From IMG/VR virus record IMGVR_UViG_3300006145_000002: DNA of 64,000 bases, one strand, 5' to 3'. Positions 37,978 through 48,016 of this stretch are shown here, piece after piece (position 1 is the first letter of the stretch; each line of letters starts with the position of its first letter). Origin of the DNA: an uncultured virus (IMG/VR IMGVR_UViG_3300006145_000002). Taxonomy: Duplodnaviria > Heunggongvirae > Uroviricota > Caudoviricetes. Made by a program: the position numbers and the translations under genes. Below the pieces are notes generated by a model. The model had not been told where the DNA came from. It ran no database searches and worked only from the letters and a program-made list of their open reading frames with translations.

Positions 37978-40900
37978 TCAAAAATTGGATAATCTATCTT
38001 TATATTCGATAATTTTTCTATATACTTCAATTCTTTTTGATTTAGAAAGATTCTTTTTCCCATTCAAAAATGAACTGAAATTCCTTGGATCATATGGAAT
38101 TCTATTCGCAAACCAATTTGATTGAACTCCATATTCTTTTATAAAATTCACTACATAATCCCTAAATTCATCTTGATTATCATACGGCATCAAAGTCAAC
38201 CCCTTTTCAAACAAATAATCATAAATTTGAATGTCGCCGCTTTTGCATTCACTTAAAACAGAAATTGGCGTACTACTTTCTTGAATAATACGATAGATAC
38301 TACGCCTCATTCGATAATTTTGCATATCCATCATAAGCAAAAACAAATGTCGTTCTATATCACTATAATCTTCTTCAAGATGAGCAAGAATATGATGAAT
38401 AGTCTTGTCTGAAATCGCAATCTGCTGAACACTTGTAATCCACTTGCTTCTTAAATCAATAGTGCGCTCTCTTTTTTCTTTGCTTGAATAATTTTCATCA
38501 CCCCACACACCCTTTATATCTTCACGAAGTTGTTTTGCACTATCTATAATTTGCGATTCTTGCATTTGGTTGAACTTTCCATCTACTTCACTTTCATCCA
38601 CTAAAATATAAGACATTAATTTCTTGCGCTTTCTTGGCATCTTAAACTTATTAATACAAGATTCTAAATAATCCATGCTTGTTGCAAACTTTACATATGA
38701 CATTCTTCCACGTTCAACACAAATACTTGCATCCTTCTCTTTCATTGCTCTGACTTCTTTATAAGTTTCAACTACACACTGTTTAACAAACTCATCATCT
38801 TCTTCACGATAAATATAATAATCATCCCGATACCCCTTATATCCATCAATATACTTAAAGAACATCGGTCTAATATGTCTGCCCTTACTATCTCTCAAAT
38901 CATACTTTTTCTTTAAACACTGTAATTCAAACGTATTGTCCGCTGGATTTTCTCTTTTGGCTGAATCAATTTCCAAATTACTCATAACATCTAACTGAGC
39001 AATATCACAATATAGACCCATTACGGACTCAATACTGGCTCCATTATGTAATCTATCCCATAAAATCGAATTAAGTTCCTGTGACAAATTAATAATCTCG
39101 CCAATTTTATTTACACTGGTCTTAATGTCCAAGTCGGCCTTTTCTGCATCTGTATACTTTCGTTTATGTGTAGCACCCTCAACTAACTTTGTAGGAACAG
39201 GGAAATTGTAATAATTGCGTTTCGCTGCATTAATGAGAATTTGATTGTTTGTCAATAACATTGTATCACTATCAAAATCTGCACCAGAAAGACGCTCTAA
39301 AATATTCTCATGAATACTATTCAAATACACAATTTCATTTGTGGGATTCATATAATGAATAATTTCCTCACGCAACACATTCTTTACTAAAAGAATATTT
39401 CCCATTGTCACGTGTGGACTTCTACATCCAAGAAGTTCCGATCCATCAGCAAAACGAATTGAATGAACTGTTTCTTTTTCAATAACAGATGTTCCATCAA
39501 ATGTTCCAATCGCCTGTTTAAGCATCTCAATAGGATTACCGCATAATGTACTGTAATTTCCTTGAATAAGGATATGCCCACATCTCAAATTCTTAATAAA
39601 GGCTTTAATTAAATCATTACAAAACTCAACATACATTTTAGTTTTTGTAAACTTATCAGTAATGCCAAGCATTGTATAAATTACATCATTCTTTGAAGCC
39701 ATACTTTCGGTATAATGAATCTGATCAGGAGAACGATACGCATAACTAATTTGAAACCTAAGTGCAGCAGGATCAGTTTTAATTAATCTTGCAAAATCAA
39801 TAGAAGGTTGAACCAACGCATTAACTTCTTCATATGTCATCTGGAGCGTATTCAATAACTGATAATGTGTCTGTACCATCCTACCGTTAAAAAAATGTGT
39901 CGGCTTTTCATATTTCACAACACCAAATGTAGGCTCCAAAATATCTAACCATTCATCCAATGTTCCAAATTTTACATATTTTATAGAACTTGGCGTAGTA
40001 ATCAACTTAATATCTTCAATCCGTGTGGCACGTGTTTTTCCGTTAAGTTGTTTAACATTTGTAATATTGTTATCTTTAAACCATTTCTGAATATTAGAAT
40101 TAAAACAACAAGATTTAAAAAACCTACTACGTAACAAAAGCATTCCGTGTTCTCTGGCTTCTGGTTTTATGCGCTGTTGACACTCCTGAAATTTTAAAAA
40201 CACACTCCTATCCATTAACGATTGTCCATCCCAAATACTATTTGAAATTTCTACATCCTCAATATTAGTTACAAGCCTACCATCAACAAAACGAGTAGCA
40301 GCAGCTTTATCATGAAATACACTCTTATAATCATCAATCACCAGAATATTTTCAGGCCGAAGCTGGATCGTATCTACAATACTACTTAATGTGAGTGCAA
40401 TATAAGGCTCCAGCGCAGCCAAATCAATATCTTGTCCCTCTTTTACCTTAATACCACACATTTCCCACTTGTGCATTTTAGGATATAACCGTTCATCTAT
40501 GAACAAACACTTACCAACACGACTCGATCCAGCACTACGTTTAAATCTTACATATTTAATACCATCACAGTAAAATCCATTTTTGTATAATTCTTCTCTA
40601 ATGTTCGCTACACTATTAATTGTCCGAATATTACTATTAGCCTTATATGTTTTACCATCAAATTGAAACGCTATACCATACACACTTTCAGGAATAGCAT
40701 TTTCTACAGGAGAATCAACTTCAATTCCTGCCAACTCACCATCTGCAAAGGCTACACAATCATGGAATACCAAATCATCATAAGTATACTTATGTAAAAT
40801 ATAAAATACTTTATCGCCTTTTTGAATCTTATTGTATTGCTTATTACTATACTTGAATGTTACATTAATAACCCTATAAGTATAATCCTTTTTATTTTGA

Positions 40901-41136
40901 TAAAACGAAAACTGTTCACTTGGACATATCTGAGCAAACACCTCTTGCATCTTAATAAGATCAAGACTGTAATCTAATGTGTTAATAAACCGTCCAAGAT
41001 TTAAAACTCCTGCTTGGTTTCTGAGTCTATATCCGATTGGCTTTCCATTTTCATTGACTTTTTGATTAACACAATGATTTGATATGTAAATATCTTTTCC
41101 GTCTAATGATGGAATGCAAACGCCGCTTTCAAGCAT
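37978..41136 (-). CDS. YonO-like single-subunit two-barrel RNA polymerase
   Basis: 1052 aa; RSAGSSRVGKCLF, WDGQSL, LLRSRFFKS, RSPH and catalytic GADFDSD loop; SPbeta-like synteny. Confidence 0.85.
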   Translation of the reverse strand: MLESGVCIPSLDGKDIYISNHCVNQKVNENGKPIGYRLRNQAGVLNLGRFINTLDYSLDLIKMQEVFAQICPSEQFSFYQNKKDYTYRVINVTFKYSNKQYNKIQKGDKVFYILHKYTYDDLVFHDCVAFADGELAGIEVDSPVENAIPESVYGIAFQFDGKTYKANSNIRTINSVANIREELYKNGFYCDGIKYVRFKRSAGSSRVGKCLFIDERLYPKMHKWEMCGIKVKEGQDIDLAALEPYIALTLSSIVDTIQLRPENILVIDDYKSVFHDKAAATRFVDGRLVTNIEDVEISNSIWDGQSLMDRSVFLKFQECQQRIKPEAREHGMLLLRSRFFKSCCFNSNIQKWFKDNNITNVKQLNGKTRATRIEDIKLITTPSSIKYVKFGTLDEWLDILEPTFGVVKYEKPTHFFNGRMVQTHYQLLNTLQMTYEEVNALVQPSIDFARLIKTDPAALRFQISYAYRSPDQIHYTESMASKNDVIYTMLGITDKFTKTKMYVEFCNDLIKAFIKNLRCGHILIQGNYSTLCGNPIEMLKQAIGTFDGTSVIEKETVHSIRFADGSELLGCRSPHVTMGNILLVKNVLREEIIHYMNPTNEIVYLNSIHENILERLSGADFDSDTMLLTNNQILINAAKRNYYNFPVPTKLVEGATHKRKYTDAEKADLDIKTSVNKIGEIINLSQELNSILWDRLHNGASIESVMGLYCDIAQLDVMSNLEIDSAKRENPADNTFELQCLKKKYDLRDSKGRHIRPMFFKYIDGYKGYRDDYYIYREEDDEFVKQCVVETYKEVRAMKEKDASICVERGRMSYVKFATSMDYLESCINKFKMPRKRKKLMSYILVDESEVDGKFNQMQESQIIDSAKQLREDIKGVWGDENYSSKEKRERTIDLRSKWITSVQQIAISDKTIHHILAHLEEDYSDIERHLFLLMMDMQNYRMRRSIYRIIQESSTPISVLSECKSGDIQIYDYLFEKGLTLMPYDNQDEFRDYVVNFIKEYGVQSNWFANRIPYDPRNFSSFLNGKKNLSKSKRIEVYRKIIEYKDRLSNF

Positions 41137-41149
41137 TTAATCCCTCCGT

Positions 41150-41512
41150 TCAAAATGGGGTTTTAAGATTATTCGCAAACCTAATATGGTCTGGCGTATA
41201 GAACTCTGCTGTATCAGGAAGTTCATCACGAAATTCATCTGGAATCTTCCCCTGATACCATAAATTATTTGTTGTCAATGTTGAACCATCTTTGAATCTG
41301 ATCCAGAATCTACGACCAGAAAATCCACGAAAGGCTCCGGGGGCATTTTCACCTCCATCACAATAACATTCTCCATGAATAATAATGTGCTTATCTTTTT
41401 CAGCAATGATTTCACGCCAAAAATTAATTGTAAAACACCTACTGCTACAAAGAATGTTGCCATGATATTGACTATTCTCAATTTCTTTACCGCAAATTTC
41501 GCATTTCAGCAA
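41150..41512 (-). CDS. Zn-finger hypothetical protein
   Basis: CEICGK...CSSRC; GFSGR and TNNLWYQG motifs. Confidence 0.65.
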   Translation of the reverse strand: MLKCEICGKEIENSQYHGNILCSSRCFTINFWREIIAEKDKHIIIHGECYCDGGENAPGAFRGFSGRRFWIRFKDGSTLTTNNLWYQGKIPDEFRDELPDTAEFYTPDHIRFANNLKTPF

Positions 41513-41553
41513 TCTATCATCTCCTGTTGCGCGATTATTAACTATACTGTTAT

Positions 41554-41997
41554 TTATCGTTTATAAAGCACAACAGTATGCTTTTTAAAAATATCCTGAA
41601 TAAGCTGGTGAACAATATTCCAGTCAGCACCCCCATGACCACAACCAATCTGATACGGCATAGCAATAGCTTCAGATGTGGGTACAATCGTTGCCAAACT
41701 ATTCATAGCCTTACTAAGCGCAGCAATATCGGTATACTGTTTCCCATACCCAAACCGTTCTTGTCCAAACAAGTTACAAATTACCTTGCCGTCATCCGCA
41801 GGAACAATCAACATCTTTCCAAGAAGATTTTTTGCACGATGATCTTCACAATACTCATGATAACGGCGGTATACATCTGGATACTTGTTTTTAATCTGTA
41901 AAGCAACCCCACGTCCCATTGCTCCATAACAATTCACTTGATGAGCAATATAAGTTTCCTTGGCCTCCAGCAAATCACCATTAATCAGTTTTACCAT
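41554..41997 (-). CDS. macrodomain (ADP-ribose hydrolase, Poa1p/DarG-like)
   Basis: GDLL...IAHQVNCYGAMGRGVA...MPYQIGCGHGGADW; start moved to ATG 41997. Confidence 0.88.
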   Translation of the reverse strand: MVKLINGDLLEAKETYIAHQVNCYGAMGRGVALQIKNKYPDVYRRYHEYCEDHRAKNLLGKMLIVPADDGKVICNLFGQERFGYGKQYTDIAALSKAMNSLATIVPTSEAIAMPYQIGCGHGGADWNIVHQLIQDIFKKHTVVLYKR

Positions 41998-42472
41998 TTT
42001 CAATTTCCTCCATAACTTTATAAAATTCGCTGCCTTTGATTTCAGTAAATACATCAGATGGCATTTCAATTTGATTAGCACTAAAAGAACAATACAAAAC
42101 ACCATTATGATCAAACAAACGACTTGAACTTCGTCCCATATATTTATTGAGCCATGCAGGAGAAGGCTTATGAACATTTTTCAAACCAGCAGCACGTTTT
42201 ACCCATTCCTTGTTAATGACAGAATTTTTCTTAAAGAACCGAAGTCCTTCATTTGTCTCTTTTGAACAAAGTTGTTTTGCAAACTTAATCTTATCATTTT
42301 CAGTCGGCACAATTCCAATTACTGTAGAATTTTGACAATACAAATCCGCTTCAATACCAAATTCTTTGAAGAACTCATCTACTAACTTTTTATTTGGTGC
42401 AAGGCAATTTTTCCAAGCCCAATAATCATCATATAGTGATGAACCCTCATTAACTGTATAAAATTTGTCCAA
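41981..42472 (-). CDS. hypothetical protein
   Basis: TTG start after SD AAAGGAG; ends EIKGSEFYKVMEE. Confidence 0.6.
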   Translation of the reverse strand: MDKFYTVNEGSSLYDDYWAWKNCLAPNKKLVDEFFKEFGIEADLYCQNSTVIGIVPTENDKIKFAKQLCSKETNEGLRFFKKNSVINKEWVKRAAGLKNVHKPSPAWLNKYMGRSSSRLFDHNGVLYCSFSANQIEMPSDVFTEIKGSEFYKVMEEIENGKTD

Positions 42473-42485
42473 TAAGATTCTCCTT

Positions 42486-43058
42486 TCAAATGTGTGTCCA
42501 AATCTGATTATTAACAATTCTTGAAATAAGCCCAACACTTACTCCAAAATAATCAGCTAATTGCTTGCGATTGCATTGCTGCCCTTTACCTTTAGGAATG
42601 TAATGTTCACGAATATATCTAACATCTTCCTCGGTTAATTTTGCCATTCCATTATTACTGCCACGATATTGACCATAATGTGAATCAGACGCAAACTTCC
42701 ATGTGTGAATCGGATTAATCAGTTCCATATCCATTGCGTGTTCGTAGTTATATTCTCGTGAACACCATTCAAGATTTGATAACTGGTTGTTCCTCTTATT
42801 TCCATCCCTATGATTTACAATTTCAAGATGATCTGGATTGGGAATAAATGTTTCTGCTACACATCTATGTACTCTAATATTCTTATTCTTTCCACAAACT
42901 GAGGTGCAAATTTGTAAATATTCATTTGTTCCAGCATGAAGCACATATACTCGCTTAGTCTTGGCGTTCCGAATCCTACCCCATGTCGATACTTCAAAAC
43001 GCCAAGAATAATCTATGCCATCATACCAAGCACCAGCCCATATTTCTTGTTCCATCAC
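42486..43058 (-). CDS. NUMOD4-HNH homing endonuclease
   Basis: EVSTWGRIR, VHRCVAETF, VNHRDGNKRNN...NLEW, C-terminal HTH. Confidence 0.9.
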   Translation of the reverse strand: MMEQEIWAGAWYDGIDYSWRFEVSTWGRIRNAKTKRVYVLHAGTNEYLQICTSVCGKNKNIRVHRCVAETFIPNPDHLEIVNHRDGNKRNNQLSNLEWCSREYNYEHAMDMELINPIHTWKFASDSHYGQYRGSNNGMAKLTEEDVRYIREHYIPKGKGQQCNRKQLADYFGVSVGLISRIVNNQIWTHI

Positions 43059-44200
43059 ATCATCGCCTGAAGCTGCTGCACACTTTCAAAAATTGCATTA
43101 GCAGTTTTTATCATATCATCGCTACAGTTGTTTGCTCCCATAGAAATTCTGATAGTGCAGCTTGCATCTTGATCATCAAGATACAATGCCTTTAAAACAT
43201 GAGATGGATCAAGAGAACCAGCAGTACAAGCAGACCCAGCAGACACACAAATGCCTTTTTCATTTAACAATAACAACATTGCTTCACTCTCGCACTTTGG
43301 CAAAGTTAAACTAATAATATTTGGTACACCGCCAGAACAATTCACAACATAATTGACACCAAGCCGATCTAACTCGCCCAAGAACAGCTTTCTCAAATGT
43401 TCATAATAGGCTCTATCTGCATCAATATTCTTTATCATTTTTTCCGCAGCCTCACCCATAGACACGATCCCCGGCACATTTTCAGTTCCAGCACGAAGAT
43501 GATGCTCTTGGCCTCCACCTGTAATAACAGGCTCCAGATTAATTCCACGCCTCACATATAATGCGCCAATACCCTTCATTGCATGAATCTTATGACCAGA
43601 CATTGCCATCAAATCAATATGACTTACATTTACATCCAAATGAATATGTCCCAATGCCTGAACTGCATCTGTCATAAAAAGTACACCATATTCCTGACAA
43701 AGATCGCCAATGTCATCAATAAGCTGAATAGAACCAACTTCATTATTAACTGCCATAATTGAAACGAGGCCAAGAGTATCCTTGAAAATTTTCATAACAC
43801 GTTCCAATTCTTCAATATCTACTCGCCCATCCTCATCGACTGGCATATAAATAACTTTAAATCCATCCTTTTCAAGAACTTTACAAGTATTAAGAACCGC
43901 ATGATGCTCAATCTGGCTTGTGATAATTGTTGTCTTACCACTTTCTTTCAGATAAGGTGCAATACCACGCAAAGCTAAATTATCACTTTCACTACCACCA
44001 GCAGTAAAAACAATTTCATCATCCATTGCGCCTATACATCTTGCGATTTGTTTTCTGGCCTTCGCAACCATCTGTGCTGCTTCAGTTCCCGCCTTATGCA
44101 AACTACTTGGATTTCCATAACAATCATGAATTGTCCAACAAGCAGCTTCAAAAGCAGTTTTTGAAATTTTAGTAGTTGCTGCATTATCAAGATAGATCAT
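43055..44200 (-). CDS. iscS: group I cysteine desulfurase (IscS/NifS family)
   Basis: YLDNAATT, GNPSSLH, DAVQA, SGHK (PLP Lys), GSACT (catalytic Cys). Confidence 0.92.
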   Translation of the reverse strand: MIYLDNAATTKISKTAFEAACWTIHDCYGNPSSLHKAGTEAAQMVAKARKQIARCIGAMDDEIVFTAGGSESDNLALRGIAPYLKESGKTTIITSQIEHHAVLNTCKVLEKDGFKVIYMPVDEDGRVDIEELERVMKIFKDTLGLVSIMAVNNEVGSIQLIDDIGDLCQEYGVLFMTDAVQALGHIHLDVNVSHIDLMAMSGHKIHAMKGIGALYVRRGINLEPVITGGGQEHHLRAGTENVPGIVSMGEAAEKMIKNIDADRAYYEHLRKLFLGELDRLGVNYVVNCSGGVPNIISLTLPKCESEAMLLLLNEKGICVSAGSACTAGSLDPSHVLKALYLDDQDASCTIRISMGANNCSDDMIKTANAIFESVQQLQAMM

Positions 44201-44462
44201 CTAATCCCTCCATCTCACTTTCTTCTTCAAATTCAGGCTCTAACATTTCAGATGGATCAATATTCCCATCACTATACTCGCCTACATATTCTGCATATGC
44301 TTTTTTATATTCTTGACGATTTAATTCAATACCAGATTCAATTTCATCATCTGTCAATGACTCGCCGCTACGACCAGAATCAAAAAAATCACACAGCACA
44401 TCACTTTCACATTGATCATGCCAAATACAATCTACGCAAGAATAATTTTCGCTATTTTCCAT
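44187..44462 (-). CDS. acidic Cys-rich small protein
   Basis: CVDC...C....C; overlaps the iscS start. Confidence 0.6.
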   Translation of the reverse strand: MENSENYSCVDCIWHDQCESDVLCDFFDSGRSGESLTDDEIESGIELNRQEYKKAYAEYVGEYSDGNIDPSEMLEPEFEEESEMEGLDDLS

Positions 44463-44521
44463 TTCAAAAATCCACTCCTATTCATTATGCTATTCCTCCT
44501 TTTCTATTGAATATATAGTTA

Positions 44522-46327
44522 TTAGTCAAATATCAAAGCAACAAAGTCACTTTCTTTAGACTCTTTCCCATTGTACTGTTCAGTAGAAGAAATATGCAAT
44601 ATTTTTTCTGCTCTCGTAATTGCAACATACATAAGCCGCTTTTCCTCATCAATGTTTTCGCTTTTCTCATGGGGCAACAATCCTTGATTAACTCCAGCAA
44701 CAAATACAATCGGAAACTCAAGTCCCTTAGACTTATGAATCGTCATAAGCTGGACGGAATTAGGATCATGCTTTTTCTCCTTTGAAAATTTCATCATAAA
44801 GGAAATAAACCGCTTTGCATCATTGTAATTCGAGGCCATACGCTGAAGCGTATTTAAGTTATCAGTGCGGCTATCATCGTTGTCACACAAATCCTTTGAA
44901 ACATAAGAATCCAGATTCAACGTTTCCCGCAAATCAGCAATCATATCTGCAACTGTTTTATACTTTGACTCACTAATTGACTTGATCGTTGCATGGATAC
45001 TATTTACGCTATTTTTAACTTTCCAATTAGTTCTACTTACTCTAAACATAGCACAATAAAGAGACATTTTTTCTTTTCTGGCAGTACGCTTAACTTCTTG
45101 TAAAAACGATTGACCAAGATAACGATTAGGACGATTATAGATATATTCAAATGCTTCGTCATCATTTATATCACAGACCAACCGCAAATACGACAGAACA
45201 ATTTTAATTTCACGGCGATCAATAAACGACATACCATCTACAATCGAATATGGAATTTCGCTTCGATACAGTGCCGTTTCAAAATTCTGTAACTGAGCAT
45301 TTGTTCTGGTCAAAATTGCAATATCTTTATAATCATATCCTAATTCAATATATGTCTGAATCTTTTTCGCAATCCCGCTTGCTTCTGCATTTTCATCATC
45401 ATACCTTGTATACTGTGGTTCTTCAAACTTTTTCTTATCAGCAATGCTTTCTACATAATGTCGATGCTTTGATTCTGGAATACATTCAGCAAAATGATTT
45501 GCCGCTGTTACAATATTCTGACTACTCCGATAGTTCTTGTTCAGGTGAATAATTCTTGCGTTAGGCCAGTCCTCATCAAAGTTCATTACAAACTTGTTAT
45601 CGCTGCCCCGCCACATAAAAATATTCTGGAGTGGATCATCAACAACAAAAACATTCTTATACCTTGCACCAATCAATTTTATAATTTCATACTGAACTGC
45701 ATTCGTGTCCTGCATCTCATCAGCCAAAATAAACTGATACTGCTCCTGACAATACCGAAGCCCCTTTTCGTTAGTGCTTAAAATTTCATAACACTTTACC
45801 AGCATATCATCAAAATCCAACTGATTATGCTCGGCTTTATATTTCTCATAATACTTATATACTTTCCCGAACTTTGTTGATGTGTCTGGCTTTTTCATCT
45901 GATTCTTTTGAATCGAAATATAACTTAAAATATCTGCAATTTCTTGTCCATCAGGCTCCTTTTCTCTAAAATAATGCTGTAAAATTTCCTCAATAATCTT
46001 AACTTTTTTCCAATCCGCATCAAGAATTTCAAAATCCTCTCGATTAAATTTTCTTACAATGCGAAATCCAAAGGAATGAAAAGTTTCGACATTGATAAAT
46101 TTCACATACCCCGGAATCATTTTAGTAAGTCGCTCAACCATATTCTCTTTTGCTTTCTTGCTAAATGTAATTGCCAAAATCTTTCCGGGTTCAACATCAT
46201 AATCCTCAATCAACTTTACAATCCGATTTACAAGCACTCTTGTCTTACCGCTGCCAGCCGATGCAATCACATTACAACAGCCCTCATAAAAATCAACAGC
46301 TTCTTGCTGAACTTTGCTAAGTTCCAT
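44522..46327 (-). CDS. UvrD/PcrA-family SF1 helicase
   Basis: ASAGSGKT, DEMQD, NYRS, MTIHKSKGLEF, EEKRLMYVAITRA. Confidence 0.93.
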   Translation of the reverse strand: MELSKVQQEAVDFYEGCCNVIASAGSGKTRVLVNRIVKLIEDYDVEPGKILAITFSKKAKENMVERLTKMIPGYVKFINVETFHSFGFRIVRKFNREDFEILDADWKKVKIIEEILQHYFREKEPDGQEIADILSYISIQKNQMKKPDTSTKFGKVYKYYEKYKAEHNQLDFDDMLVKCYEILSTNEKGLRYCQEQYQFILADEMQDTNAVQYEIIKLIGARYKNVFVVDDPLQNIFMWRGSDNKFVMNFDEDWPNARIIHLNKNYRSSQNIVTAANHFAECIPESKHRHYVESIADKKKFEEPQYTRYDDENAEASGIAKKIQTYIELGYDYKDIAILTRTNAQLQNFETALYRSEIPYSIVDGMSFIDRREIKIVLSYLRLVCDINDDEAFEYIYNRPNRYLGQSFLQEVKRTARKEKMSLYCAMFRVSRTNWKVKNSVNSIHATIKSISESKYKTVADMIADLRETLNLDSYVSKDLCDNDDSRTDNLNTLQRMASNYNDAKRFISFMMKFSKEKKHDPNSVQLMTIHKSKGLEFPIVFVAGVNQGLLPHEKSENIDEEKRLMYVAITRAEKILHISSTEQYNGKESKESDFVALIFD

Positions 46328-46595
46328 TATCTTTTTCCTCCAAATTCATTTTTGCTCCACAATGCGGACAATACTTGGTTTCTCGTTCATTCCACATATC
46401 ACAACAACTGGATACTACGCCGCTGCTTACTAATACGCCAGACCGATATTGTTTAGTCCATCGTCCATAATGAACAGGTACAGCTTCTATCTCTTGTTGC
46501 CTATTAATTACCGACAGTGCATTGGCCTGAAAACCAGTACCGCGCATCTCGTACATCATATCTTCATAAACAGCAGCACGATCAATCAGTTCCAT
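46317..46595 (-). CDS. small Zn-ribbon phage protein
   Basis: MELIDR...GRW...YCPHCGAKM. Confidence 0.65.
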   Translation of the reverse strand: MELIDRAAVYEDMMYEMRGTGFQANALSVINRQQEIEAVPVHYGRWTKQYRSGVLVSSGVVSSCCDMWNERETKYCPHCGAKMNLEEKDNGT

Positions 46596-47706
46596 CCCGT
46601 TTCCCTCCAGTTCCATATTCTACTTCATAACCATACCTCTCTTTCATGGTTTCTTGATAGTCTTTTTCTTGAGCGGACGGTAGCATTTTCATAACGTCAT
46701 CTGCTCCATACAGCAATGTAATATCAGACAATCGTTTAAACTGTTCTATGTAGTTGCTACCCAAGGCCGCATTCTTTTCCAACCGCTTTTCAGCATTGGT
46801 ATCCATGATTGCTTTCAACACCACACCAATTTCCTGCCGCCGCTGATCAACAGTCTTTTCATTAAAGCTACGCAGAATATTTTTGCATTGTTGTTCATCT
46901 ACTCGCCACAATTCAAAAGCACGACAAACAAACAAAATTCCATGCTCTTTCATAAGACGAGTTAATTCGCTGGCATAGCGTAACGCTTTTTTCCCATACC
47001 ATTTTTCACTATCTGACAAAATCTTTGCTTTGCGGCTGGCCTTCTCAACCAGTTTAGAATACAGTTTCATTTCATCATCAGTGGCTTTTCTAATTTGGGC
47101 TTGCTCCACAATGATATGTCCATTCTCAATTTCGGCGGTCTTAGGCATAATTCCAATCATATGTACTTCGTTGTAGATCACACAATTCATTGCTGCCAGA
47201 TATTTGATACATCGCCTAATATAATCATCAATTCGATTATCAGCCTTATTGAAATACTCTGAAAGAATATTTGCATCAAAATCCGTGTCAATTACTACTG
47301 AATCCTGATTGTACTTCATCTTGGTATAGTTTGAATTTACCATGCTAACAACCTGTGCTAAATCCATTGATGTAATTACTGCCTTACGATCCTTATACCC
47401 CTCACCAAAAAGGACTTCATACAAAATCAGTGGCGCAAGATATTGGTAAATGCCCCTGTGTATTTTGGAATCATACAATGATTTTGGATACTTGTAGACC
47501 TCCAGCACTGTATACTTTTTGGTTGTTACATCATACTCATAATCACAGTACCTTGCCAACGTGTCCAAGAACATACTTTGATATTTGCCGCTGGCAAACT
47601 TTTCTTTTCGGTGATAGGATCGCCGCTGTGCCTCAGAGCAGACTTTATCTACAAGTACACTTTCATTGTAAGTCCCACGCTTTAGTCGAACTTCACGTTT
47701 CTCGAT
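46582..47706 (-). CDS. hypothetical protein (possible replication initiator), probable ATC start
   Basis: Frame is open 44 codons upstream of the ATG at 47574, up to an ATC 8 nt after SD AAAGGAG; lies upstream of the helicase. Confidence 0.55.
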   Translation of the reverse strand: MEKREVRLKRGTYNESVLVDKVCSEAQRRSYHRKEKFASGKYQSMFLDTLARYCDYEYDVTTKKYTVLEVYKYPKSLYDSKIHRGIYQYLAPLILYEVLFGEGYKDRKAVITSMDLAQVVSMVNSNYTKMKYNQDSVVIDTDFDANILSEYFNKADNRIDDYIRRCIKYLAAMNCVIYNEVHMIGIMPKTAEIENGHIIVEQAQIRKATDDEMKLYSKLVEKASRKAKILSDSEKWYGKKALRYASELTRLMKEHGILFVCRAFELWRVDEQQCKNILRSFNEKTVDQRRQEIGVVLKAIMDTNAEKRLEKNAALGSNYIEQFKRLSDITLLYGADDVMKMLPSAQEKDYQETMKERYGYEVEYGTGGKRDGTD

Positions 47707-48016
47707 TTTTTACACTCCTTTCAAAATTGCCGAAGTTGCTATCCACCCGAAAATTCTTGAAACCGTTGCGGCACAATAGATTCAGCGATTTTTGCTATGC
47801 ACTTTTTAGCCATAATTAAATATATATAATATTATGGCCTTTTGGTGCATACAGGAATCCCGCAGAAGCAAGCCAAATTGGGACTGTTTCAGGACTTTTT
47901 CTGGAGGGCAACTATCAAACACAGTTGTATTATTTCATGAACTTGCCGCAGGCAAGTGAATGACAGCGAAGGCAACGCCGTAGGTGTTGGCAAGCTGAAA
48001 TCTTACCTCCCGCCGA

